The notes below the pieces were generated by a model. The model did no database searches, was not told the DNA's origin, and saw only the letters and a list, made by a program, of their open reading frames with translations. 64,000 nt of DNA from contig NIVC01002418.1 of the NCBI GenBank assembly GCA_002269645.1, positions 62,001-126,000 on the forward strand, in the 5' to 3' direction. Positions 12,001 to 22,500 of this stretch are shown here, piece by piece; the first letter of the stretch is position 1; each line of letters begins with the position of its first letter. This DNA is from Macrostomum lignano. Taxonomy: Eukaryota. A program made the translations under genes and the position numbers.

Positions 12001-15000
12001 CTGGCTCAGCGCCAGCTCCATCAAACTCTTCTTCGTGGTTCGGAGTCGATACCGGAGTCGGCGGTGGAGACGGCGAGGCTGACACAGCAACCCGCGACGA
12101 CTGCCGACTCTTACCGGGCCCGGCGAACAGCGACTGGCCAGCCAGCAGGAGCGACTGCGCCAGCCGGGACACCGACGGAGGCGACGCCATGGAGGAGCCG
12201 GTCGAGGCGGACGAGGCGGTGACCGCCCGGTCCTCATCGTCCCCCAGGCCAGAGGCTTCGAAGGCCTCGGCAGCCAGCTGTCTCGGCAGGCTCCTACGCT
12301 GGCGAGACCGCTGCCTGCGACTGGCGTACCGGCGACTTCTATTGGACGCCGATGACGCAGCGGAAGCCGCCGGACCGACCGGGTGAGAGCAGATCGCCCG
12401 GATCAGAGCGCGCTGCTGCTTCCTGGCAGCGGCTTTAGTGTCGTCAGTCTGGTACTTGGCCATCTGGGTGCTGTAGCCAGTTGGCTCAGTGAGCTCCCGG
12501 CTGACCTGCACTGCTGGGTACCGATCCTCATCAGCCTTCTGATCCTCCTGGCCAGCTTCCGTCTGGGCATCAGGCGCAGCTTGGTCAGCGGCGACACTGG
12601 TCTCTTCAATAAATCTATTGAATTTCGGGGCATTCTCCTGATTACTGTCACTATCCTGGCCAGCTGGCAGGCCGTCTGCGCTGCTATTGCAGGCGGAGAA
12701 CTCTTGGCCTGAGTACATTGCCGGCATGCCCAAGTCGCCGCTTTCGGCTACTCCGCCCATCGGCGGCTCGGCATAGTGAGTGTCTAGCGGGTGAACCGCC
12801 TGGGCTCGGCGCAACCGCCTGGGCTCGGCGCAGTAGTCTATGGCCGCACCGCCTCCGCCGCCGCTCTCAGCTGCCGGATAAAACACCGGGACATCGGCTG
12901 GCGGCCGGTACGGCATCGGGGTGGGCAGCTGCTGCCAGGGGGCAGCCCAGCTGGGCGGGGAGTGCGGCGGGATTAGGGGGGGATAATTCTGGGGGACTGC
13001 GCCAGTCTGACCACCAGGCTGTTGCTGGGACAGTTTACTGGGCGGCCAGTCGACGAGGTGAAGCAGCTGCAGATGCGGTGGGTCGTCAGTCAATTTGTAG
13101 TTCAGTCCGATTGAGCATGGAGACTCCGATTTAATAGTTTAGAAATACAATTAAACTTGAAGTCCTCTGGGTGCTTACTGGGCAGGTGCGAAAAAACAAA
13201 ACCCACCCTGAGGGCACTGTGGACACGGGCTGCAATAAAGCCAATTCCACCTGAGGGCACTGTGGACACGGGCTGCAATAAAGCCAATTCCACCTGAGGG
13301 CACTGTGGACACGGGCTGCAATAAAGCCAATAAACACCTGAGAGCACTGTGGATACGGGCTGCAATAAAGCCAATTCCACCTGAGGGCACTGTGGACACG
13401 GGCTGCAATAAAGCCAATTCCACCTGAGGGCACTGTGGACACGGGCTGCAATAAAGCCAATTCCACCTGAGGGCACTGTGGACACGGGCTGCAATAAAGC
13501 CAATTCCACCTGAGGGCACTGTGGACACGGGCTGCAATAAAGCCAATTCCACCTGAGGGCACTGTGGACACGGGCTGCAATAAAGCCAATAAACACCTGA
13601 GAGCACTGTGGATACGGGCTGCAATAAAGCCAATTCCACCTGAGAGCACTGTGGACACGGGCTGCAATAAAGCCAATTCCACCTGAGGGCACTGTGGACA
13701 CGGGCTGCAATAAAGCCAATAAACACCTGAGAGCACTGTGGATACGGGCTGCAATAAAGCCAATTCCCACCTGAGAGCACTGTGGACACGGGCTGCAATA
13801 AAGCCAATAAACACCTGAGACCACTGTGGACACGGGCTGCAATAAAGTCAATAAACACCTGAGACCACTGTGGACACGGGCTGCAATAAAGTCAATAAAC
13901 ACCTGAGACCACTGTGGACACGGGCTGCAATAAAGTCAATAAACACCTGAGACCACTGTGGACACGGGCTGCAATAAAGTCAATAAACACCTGAGACCAC
14001 TGTGGACACGGGCTGCAATAAAGCCAATAAACACCTGAGACCACTGTGGACACGGGCTGCAATAAAGTCAATAAACACCTGAGACCACTGTGGACACGGG
14101 CTGCAATAAAGCCAATAAACACCTGAGACCACTGTGGACACGGGCTGCAATAAAGTCAATAAACACCTGAGACCACTGTGGACACGGGCTGCAATAAAGT
14201 CAATAAACACCTGAGACCACTGTGGACACGGGCTGCAATAAAGTCAATAAACACCTGAGACCACTGTGGACACGGGCTGCAATAAAGCCAATAAACACCT
14301 GAGACCACTGTGGACACGGGCTGCAATAAAGTCAATAAACACCTGAGACCACTGTGGACACGGGCTGCAATAAAGTCAATAAACACCTGAGACCACTGTG
14401 GACACGGGCTGCAATAAAGTCAATAAACACCTGAGACCACTGTGGACACGGGCTGCAATAGTGTGCAAAAAACTGCAATTATTATCGTATTAATTTACAA
14501 TAGTTATTAATCTAGAACGGAAGTATAACTTTCTACAATTGAAATTGAAAAATTAGCAGTTTCACTTCGACTTGCGCGCCATGGAAACAGGTTTATATAA
14601 ACTGTAAGCACGCAAATCGCAAAGCACCTGGAAATTCCATTAATTTACGTATTTAAGCAGGGCACGACATGCCAACAACCAAAATGCTATCGTAAAATGC
14701 AAACAAACAAAGTTGTTAAAGAGGCACAGCTATACCTGAGGACTGCACAGACATGTTCAGGGTAAGCAGAGACGGACTGGCAATTATAATAAAACAAGCA
14801 AACTCGTTCCGGTTTAAAATTGTATTCACAATCACAAAAGCAGCCGCTCTTCTAGGGGCGGCCTACTAAAGCACCGGGGTGGGGTGGGGGCGGCCTGCTA
14901 AAGCACCGGGGTGGGGTGGGGGCGGCCTGCTAAAGCACCGGGGTGGGGTGGGGGCGGCCTGCTAATGCACCGGGGTGGGGTGGGGGCGGCCTGCTAAAGC

Positions 15001-18000
15001 ACCGGGGTGGGGTGGGGGCGGCCTGCTAAAGCACCGGGGTGGGGTGGGGGCGGCCTGCTAAAGCACCGGGGTGGGGTGGGGGCGGCCTACTAAAGCACCG
15101 GGGTGGGGTGGGGGCGGCCTGCTAAAGCACCGGGGTGGGGTGGGGGCGGCCTGCTAAAGCACCGGGGTGGGGTGGGGGCGGCCTACTAAAGCACCGGGGT
15201 GGGGTGGGGGCGGCCTGCTAAAGCACCGGGGTGGGGTGGGGGCGGCCTACTAAAGCACCGGGGTGGGGTGAGGGCGGCCTGCTAAAGCACCGGGGTGGGG
15301 TGGGGGCGGCCTGCTAAAGCACCGGGGAGGGGGAGGGGCGGCCTGCTAAAGCACAGGGGAGGAGTGGGGCGGCCTGCTAAAGCACCGGGGTGGGGTGGGG
15401 GCGGCCTGCTAAAGCACCGGGGTGGGGTGGGGGCGGCCTGCTAAAGCACCGGGGAGGGGGAGGGGCGGCCTGCTAAAGCACCGGGAGGGGGAGGGGTGGC
15501 CTGCTAAAGCACCGGGGAGGAGTGGGGCGGCCTGCTAAAGCACCGGGGAGGGGGAGGGGGCGGCCTGCTAAAGCACCGGGGAGGGGGAGGGGGCGGCCTG
15601 CTAAAGCACCGGGGAGGGGGAGGGGCGGCCTGCTAAAGCACCGGGGAGGGGGAGGGGGCGGCCTGCTAAAGCACCGGGGAGGGGGAGGGGGCGGCCTGCT
15701 AAAGCACCGGGGAGGGGAGGGGCAGCCTGCTAAAACACCGGGGAGGGGGAGGGGCGGCCTGCTAAAGCACCGGGGAGGAGTGGGGCGGCCTGCTAAAGCA
15801 CCGGGGAGGAGTGGGGCGGCCTGCTAAAGCACCGGGGAGGGGGAGGGGGCGGCCTGCTAAAGCACCGGGGAGGGGAGGGGCAGCCTGCTAAAGCACCGGG
15901 GAGGGGGAGGGGCGGCCTGCTAAAGCACCGGGGAGGAGTGGGGCGGCCTGCTAAAGCACCGGGGAGGAGTGGGGCGGCCTGCTAAAGCACCGGGGAGGAG
16001 TGGGGCGGCCTGCTAAAGCACCGTGGAGGGGGAGGGGCGGCCTGCTAAGCTAAAGCACCGGGGAGGGGGAGGGGGCGGCCTACTAAGCTAAAGCATCGGG
16101 GAGGGGGAGGGGTGGCGGAAACGGCCTGCTAAAACACCGGGGAGGGGGAGATGGCGGCCTGCTAAAAGACCAGGGAGAGGGTGGCAGGAGAGGCCAACTA
16201 AAGAGGGGTTGGCCTTCTCAAAAGAACGAGTACTGAAGTACTTGTAAGAATCAATAGGAAATCGAGGTGCACAATAAAGCGCTGGTAAAAGGCTGGAGTA
16301 ATAACGATACTAAAAATCTCAGGCTCAACTGCCTCGTCATCTAATTAATTACCTAATTAGACCTAATAAATGGGGTTTTCACACTCACCGAGTGTCCGGC
16401 CGAGGCCAGCCGGTGCAGCACGCAAGCATCGTAGACGGTCCACCATTCGCCAAGGAACTCAGCCCGAAACTCGGCCGTCTGGTCCATCAATGGCCGCCGG
16501 CTCAACTGCCAGGGCTTCTGGCCGGCGCCGGCAAAGTGCACAACTTTGATAGAGTCGCGGAAATGCCGCAGCGCAGGCAAATAAGAATAGAACGCGTAGG
16601 ACAGGCAGTTGTAGCCAAATGGCAGGCGGCGGGAGATGTCCGCAGATTTCCATCGGTCCGCCAGGCACGTGTTCAGTAGGCCCTGGGAGGGAAGAGTGCG
16701 ACTGGATAGTCATTGGCGTTGGGGAGATTTAGGGGCGATTTATGGCGGCTCTAAGAGGGATTGATGGGCGATTCCTAGGGGAGATCGATGGGCAATTCTT
16801 AAGGGAGATTGATGGGCGATTCCTACTAAAGGAGATTAATGGGCGTTTCTTAGGGGAGATTAATGGGCGATCCCTAGGGGAGATTGATGGGCGATTCCTA
16901 GGGGAAATTGATGGGCGATTTTTGGGGGAGATTGATGGGCGATTTCTAGGGGAAATTGATGGGCGATTACTACTAAAGGAGATTGATGGGCGATTCCTAG
17001 GGGAGATTGATGGGCGATTCCTAGGGGAGATTGATGGGCGATTACTACTAAATGAGATTGATGGGCGATTCCTAGGGGAGATTGATGGGCGATTACTACT
17101 AAAGGAGATTGATGGGCGATTCCTAGGGCAGATAATTGGGCGATTCCTAAATGAGATTGATGGGCGATTCCTAGGGGAGATCGATGGGCGATTCTTAAGG
17201 GAGATTGATGGGCGATTCCTAGGGGAGATTGATGGGCGATTCTTAGGGGAGATCGATGGGCGATTCTTAGGGGAGATCGATGGGCGATTCCTAGGGGAGA
17301 TTGATGGGCGATTCTTAAGGGAGATTGATGGGCGATTCTTAAGGGAGATTGATGGGCGATTCTTAAGGGAGATTGATGGGCGATTCTTAGGGGAGATTGA
17401 TGGGCGATTCTTAAGGGAGATTGATGGGCGATTCTTAAGGGAGATTGATGGGCGATTCTTAGGGGAGATTGATGGGCGATTCTTAAATGAGATTGATGGG
17501 CGATTCTTAAATGAGATTGATGGGCGATTCTTAAGGGAGATTGACGGGCGATTCTTAGGAGAGATTGATGGGCAATTCTTAGGGGAGATTGATGGGCGAT
17601 TCCTAGGGCAGATAATTGGGCGATTCTTAAATGAGATTGATGGGCGATTCTAAGGGGAGATTGATGGGCAATTCTTAGGGGAGATTGATGGGCGATTCTT
17701 AAGGGAGATTGATGGGCGATTCCTAGGGGAGATTGATGGGCGATTCTTAGGGGAGATTGATGGGCGATTCTTAGGGGAGATTGATGGGCGATTCTTAAGG
17801 GAGATTGATGGGCGATTCCTAGGGGAGATTGATGGGCGATTCCTAAATGAGATCGGTGGGCGATTCTTAAATTAGATTGGTGGGCAATTCCTAGAGATTG
17901 ACGGGCGATTCTTAGGAGAGATTGACGGGCAATTCTTAGGGGAGATTGATGGGCGATTCTCAGGGGAGATTAATGAGCATTTTTTTTGGAGATTAACGAG

Positions 18001-19566
18001 CGATTCTCAGGGGAGATTAATGAGAGATTTTTTTGGAGATTAACGAGCGATTCTCAGGGGAGATTAATGAGAGATTCCAGGGGAAATAAATAAGCGATTC
18101 TCAGGGGAGATTAACGAGCGATTCTCAGGGGAGATTAACGAGCGATTCTCAGGGGAGATTAACGAGCGATTCTCAGGGGAGATTAACGAGCGATTCTTGG
18201 GAAGACTTTTAGCGATTCCGATGAGCGTCCATGGTCACCTGGTCGGAGCCGTCCACCAAGCTGCCTGGCGAGTCAGCAGCCCGCCGCATCAGCAGCTGGA
18301 AGGTGGCCTCGCTGGGCCGCAGCACCATGACGCCAGAGTTGAACCAGTCCGGCCAGCCGGGGTCGGGCGCCGCCGACAGCTCGTCCCTGTCGAGCAGTTC
18401 GTCGATGTTAACCAGCGGCAGCGTGTCGGCGTCCATGTAGGCCACCTTGGCGAACTGCGAGAGCTGCCAGACCCGCAGTTTGGCCAGGCCCAGCGACTCG
18501 CCCTGCAGGTCCGGCCGGCCGAGGAGGTTCAAAGCGGCCGTGGCAGCCGAAGTTGCCGACGCCGGAACGAGGACAGGCTGCACCGGCTGTACAGAGTCCG
18601 CCACCTCAGCCAGCAGCGACCTGGCAACAGGGCGGATTGCCACGGGTTTTATGGCGCGGGGAAGGACTGAACAGTAAGGGGTTTTGATTTTGCCTTTTTT
18701 AAAGTCTTCTTGACGCTCATTGCGCTGGCATGATAGCAATCGAATACCCAAAATATTAATCTTTTTTGCGCCTCTGGCTTTCATTTGGCTCTCCTGACTC
18801 TCATTTGAGCATCCCTGATACACACATTTGAGCATCCCTGACACACATTTGAGCATCCCTGACACACATTTTAGCATCCCTGACACACATTTTAGCATCC
18901 CTGACAAACACTTCAGCATCCCTGACAAACACTTTAGCATCCCTGACACACATTAGAGCATCCCTGACACAAATTTGAGCATCCCTGACACACATTTGAG
19001 CATCCTGACAAACATTTCAGCATCCCTGACACACAGTTGAGCATCCCTGACACACATTTGAGCATTCCCTGACACAAATTTGAGCATCCCTGACACATAT
19101 TTTAGCATCCTTGACACACATTTGAGCATCCCTGACAAACATTTCAGCCTCCCTGACATATATTTTAGCATCCCTGGCACTAATTTTTGTGCATACCCCC
19201 AATGCCTCAAGTGTCCACTATCAATGTTGGTACTATTGCTTATAACCAATCTAGATAGAATTTTAAACCCATTACATAGGCAAAAAGGTCATTAAATATA
19301 AGCTTGACCTTATTCTAAATGGAAATTATCAATTAAAGATATATATTTCTATGCCTTTCAATAAAAAGCACATAGGTCACCACAAAAGTTTTAACCAATC
19401 AAGATAAGCAAATTAAAAATTATTCTTACCTTAACTCATGACTAACAGCATCTGTAACCATGATGCAAATATGTTTAGATGTTTGCAATTGGCGCAATGT
19501 GTATGCCCATACTAAGGCACCAATAGCATAAGAGTCATTTGTAGCCAATGTTACAAATGCTTCCAT
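8668..19566 (-). CDS. GYG1: Glycogenin (GT8 family), copy 1, complete; ~317 aa if exon 4 is skipped, longer isoforms possible
   Basis: Exons 19566-19430 ([18 protein letters not shown]), 18620-18239 ([25 protein letters not shown]), 16682-16389 (YSYLPA autoglucosylation Tyr region, VVHFAG..KPW), optional large exon from 13066 (to a donor at 12115 or to TGA at 11783), and terminal exon 8808-8668 ([22 protein letters not shown], glycogen-synthase-binding motif). Phases 2/0/0 are consistent. Confidence 0.9.
8913..9265. repeat. (GACA)n microsatellite upstream of the glycogenin terminal exon acceptor
   Basis: Visible directly. Confidence 0.95.
9970..10345. repeat. 22-bp minisatellite (GACAGTGAAGATGGCCGGGAAT); contains the duplication breakpoint; second copy 22691-22985
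   Basis: Tandem units; the duplicated block begins inside this array. Confidence 0.95.
11245..11384. promoter_or_regulatory. 17-bp inverted repeat plus six tandem 18-bp CCAAT-box units (AGCCAATCAGCG); duplicate at ~23878-24017
   Basis: GCTGATTGGCTGGCCAA 11245-11261 and its exact reverse complement 11275-11291; CCAAT units start at 11281, 11299, 11317, 11335, 11353, 11371; GC-box-like and ETS-like (GGAAGTG/ACTTCCTG) motifs nearby. Confidence 0.55.
13205..14459. repeat. 43/44-bp minisatellite in glycogenin intron 3 (copy 2: ~25820-26942)
   Basis: About 28 units of CACCTGAG(GG/AG/AC)CACTGTGGACACGGGCTGCAATAAAG(C/T)CAAT..; variant types are polarised along the array. Confidence 0.95.
14858..16150 (+). 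repeat. ~32-bp G-rich minisatellite, G-quadruplex-prone (copy 2: ~27338-28730)
   Basis: Units GGCGGCCTGCTAAAGCACCGGGGTGGGGTGGG grading to ..GGGGAGGGGGAGGGG. Confidence 0.95.
16272..16347 (+). other. Degenerate 28S rRNA H68-H71-like fragment (copy 2: 28848-28923)
   Basis: CAATAAAGCGCTGGTAAAAGGCTGGAGTAA..TGCCTCGTCATCTAATTA versus recalled 28S CAATGAAGCGCGGGTAAACGGCGGGAGTAA..TGCCTCGTCATCTAATTA; the last 18 nt match exactly, the middle has diverged. Confidence 0.6.
16755..18197. repeat. 24-bp minisatellite (GATTGATGGGCGATTCCTAGGGGA) in glycogenin intron 2 (copy 2: ~29331-30846)
   Basis: About 60 units, with 21- and 27-bp variants. Confidence 0.95.
18805..19177. repeat. 21-bp minisatellite (GAGCATCCCTGACACACATTT) in glycogenin intron 1 (copy 2: ~31454-31826)
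   Basis: About 17 degenerate units. Confidence 0.9.
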
Positions 19567-22500
19567 TATCAAATTTGATGTACTCAGAAACTGAAATAAT
19601 AAAAATAGCATTCTTATAAAATTTTAATTTAAATAATAACTAACTATAATATATATAATTAAAAAATATATTTAAATAAAAATATATTAAAATCCTTGTA
19701 TTTTAAAATATAATATGTAGATTATAGAAGAACTCTAATGTTCAAAAAATTATCAATTAAGAAATTAAAACTATAATAACAACTAAATACAAAGAGAGAT
19801 CCTATTATATAAACTAGGCCCCTATTGCTGCTAATATATCTTGATAGATTAAGCCTATAAAAAATTAAGTACTCAACCTGGCTATTTGTTGAATATTTTC
19901 TATTCTAATATATTCTACTATAATTATATTAAAAAAATTAGTTACTCAAAGCTTAAGCTATTTATTAACTAATTATTAATTCTTTAAAGGCAGCAACCTA
20001 AGTCAAGTGGTCCATAGATAGTATGGCACTCTTAGTCTTATGTAATAATAGCCTAGGCTAAATTCCAAATCCAAGTGTAGGCATATTAATTTAAGGCTAA
20101 TTTAGAATCTTAGCAAGGATCTGCTTAAGAAATTAATGCCTAATACCTTAGCCATATATTTATACACTTTATTGCACCTTAAGAGGTTAGGCCTCAAGGG
20201 TAGGCTATTAATTCCATAATTTGTACTTTATTATTGATAAATAAAGACTAGTTAGGCCTTAGGGGCCACTGCACTGTATAAGTATATATACCATTGTGGG
20301 CAGTAATGCCTTTTGCAATATGTGAAAATTTCACTTAAAGTATACTAGGCCCACCAGGGTGCATATTATTATAGCCACCCTGTCTCTGAGGATTGTGTCT
20401 GTAAAGTAGTTTTACTATCAAAAAGCATCAAATTTAAACAATATTTATAACATATTAAATGTACTGTGTTGTGTATTTATAATTGTATCATAAATACAAT
20501 ACAAATACAATACTAGAAATAAAATTTGTCTATTGACACTATCGTAGTATTCGTAATCGTATTCGTAGAAAACTAATAAACAAGACTCAATGACGATTGA
20601 CGATGACGATTGGGTTGGATCTTGAAATCGATCTATCTGACCTAATGTTTGACAGCTGAAGTGCATATTCTATTTCTAAATTTTATTGGGGCAACACTGC
20701 TCTCGACTGGACAGAGTGCCGGCCGGTCACCGTGATTTGGAGTCTCGAAAATTATTCAAATTTCCGTTTAAGTTTTCATAGAACGCACAAATTTTAATTA
20801 TCGCAAAGCGTTATTAAAAATCCGTTGCATGTAGTAAGCCTTTCAAGCTACCAAGACGTACATCAAAGCGATAGTAGGATAGAAAGGTACTTAGGTACGT
20901 TGACAATAGGATTAAAACTAATGAATGGTTGCAATTTATTTCAGAATTAAATGTTGTTTTTGCCCAAATTATCATAAAAACGAAAATTTATGTGTGTTTG
21001 TTTATCGTTTGACTACGTTGGTTGCCGAGAAGACAGATAGCTACCAAAGACTACTCGATTTGTTCGCTAAGTTTTTCTGGCAAGATTTTTCCGCTAATAA
21101 TTTGCTATGCTAGGTAGTTTTGTCTAGTTTTTTGGAAAATATACCCATCTTCTAAAGAAGGATTGTCGGATAGCACTCTGCGCTGCCCAAGCAGCTCGAT
21201 GCAGCCAGCAGCTTCCTGTAGCAGTAAAACGTCATGGAAACCTCTGTAGCTTGCGCCGACGTAACTGTTGGACATTAAATTACACCTGAGGGTTAACTCG
21301 TTAAATGATAAAATTTGTTATTAAATACGAACACTGCATGCATGGACCCCCTTTAGATATACTCTCAGGGCAGGCGGAATTAAGATCCTTTGCGGGATAA
21401 TCTCCTGTGGCGAGCAGTTCGTCGGTGAGTATCAGCAATTCCGGCTGTGGGCAGTATGGCTCGGTGTGGACAATGTGGTATGTCAGCTAGAGTCGTTGAA
21501 GCGGCGATAACAGACGCGACCTTGATGTTTGACTAATAGCTAGTGTGAGCCGCATCAATTAAAACCTGCTGTTTAGCCATTTGGAAGCCAAAGGCCTGCA
21601 CCGCAGGCCATACCGAAACGGCTCAAAAGTCCAGAGATTGAAAAATACATGGCATCAAAAAACCACATGTATGGCCTGCTGTGCACGTCAAGACTGATTT
21701 AAATAATTGTCCATTATGCATTTCCATTATGTTTTCACTCAAATTTCAGAGGTGAAATAAGCGTGTACAGTGAAAATATGAGGTGATGCACAAATGTATG
21801 GTCGTATTAAATATAGCTAAATTTAATCACTTCACGCATACGAGTATTATAACTAGTATTAAACAAATACGAAATTTGACTGCATGGTTCCAAAGAAAAC
21901 AAGGACATGAAAAGAAAAGTGTAACAGGTTTCAAGTTAGGAGACGCCAATTCAGGACCGCTCGTGTGGGAGCTCAATGTGTCTCTGTCCAGATCCTGAAG
22001 CATGGATCTGGACAGAGACCAGGATGTCCGGGACATTGGCTGCAGCAAAATATACTGTCTTCTTAGCTGGAACGTCAGGTTTCAAAGAGCACATTGGGCA
22101 TAGTTTGCTTGGGCGAGCCTGGGCTTCCGTTGCTGGGAGTCTCATTGGTGAATGAATTGGACGGTTAGCCTGCATCGGGGCTGTATAAGTACACCGTAAT
22201 TTCATGCGCTCAGTTAAATGTGCAAGTACTATAAAATCCAAAAACCATGCAGTCACACGCATCAGTGGGGGCATAGGAAAGCTGAAGCCTCTAAAAATAT
22301 TTATAGGCTTTTGAAAGGTGCCCTCGATAACTTGCGAACACGGTCCCAGAATGGGGAAGTGCGGCAGCTGCGTGCTCACTCCGGCATTGAAATGAGAGCA
22401 GTCTGCCCAATCTCAATAGTTCTCAAATTCAAAGGGGACCCATCCTGGGAGGAGGTCAAAGTATAGTCAGGACCCTGTAAAAGAAAAAAATCATGTTAAG

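Noticed and set aside
13205-18197. Regular arrays as CRISPR-like loci
   Set aside because: Units are contiguous with no unique spacers, no cas genes are present, and the context is spliced eukaryotic genes.
21951-22379. BEL/Pao-like LMRVTAWFLDFI motif on the minus strand
   Set aside because: Isolated short resemblance with no other retroelement domains or LTRs nearby.
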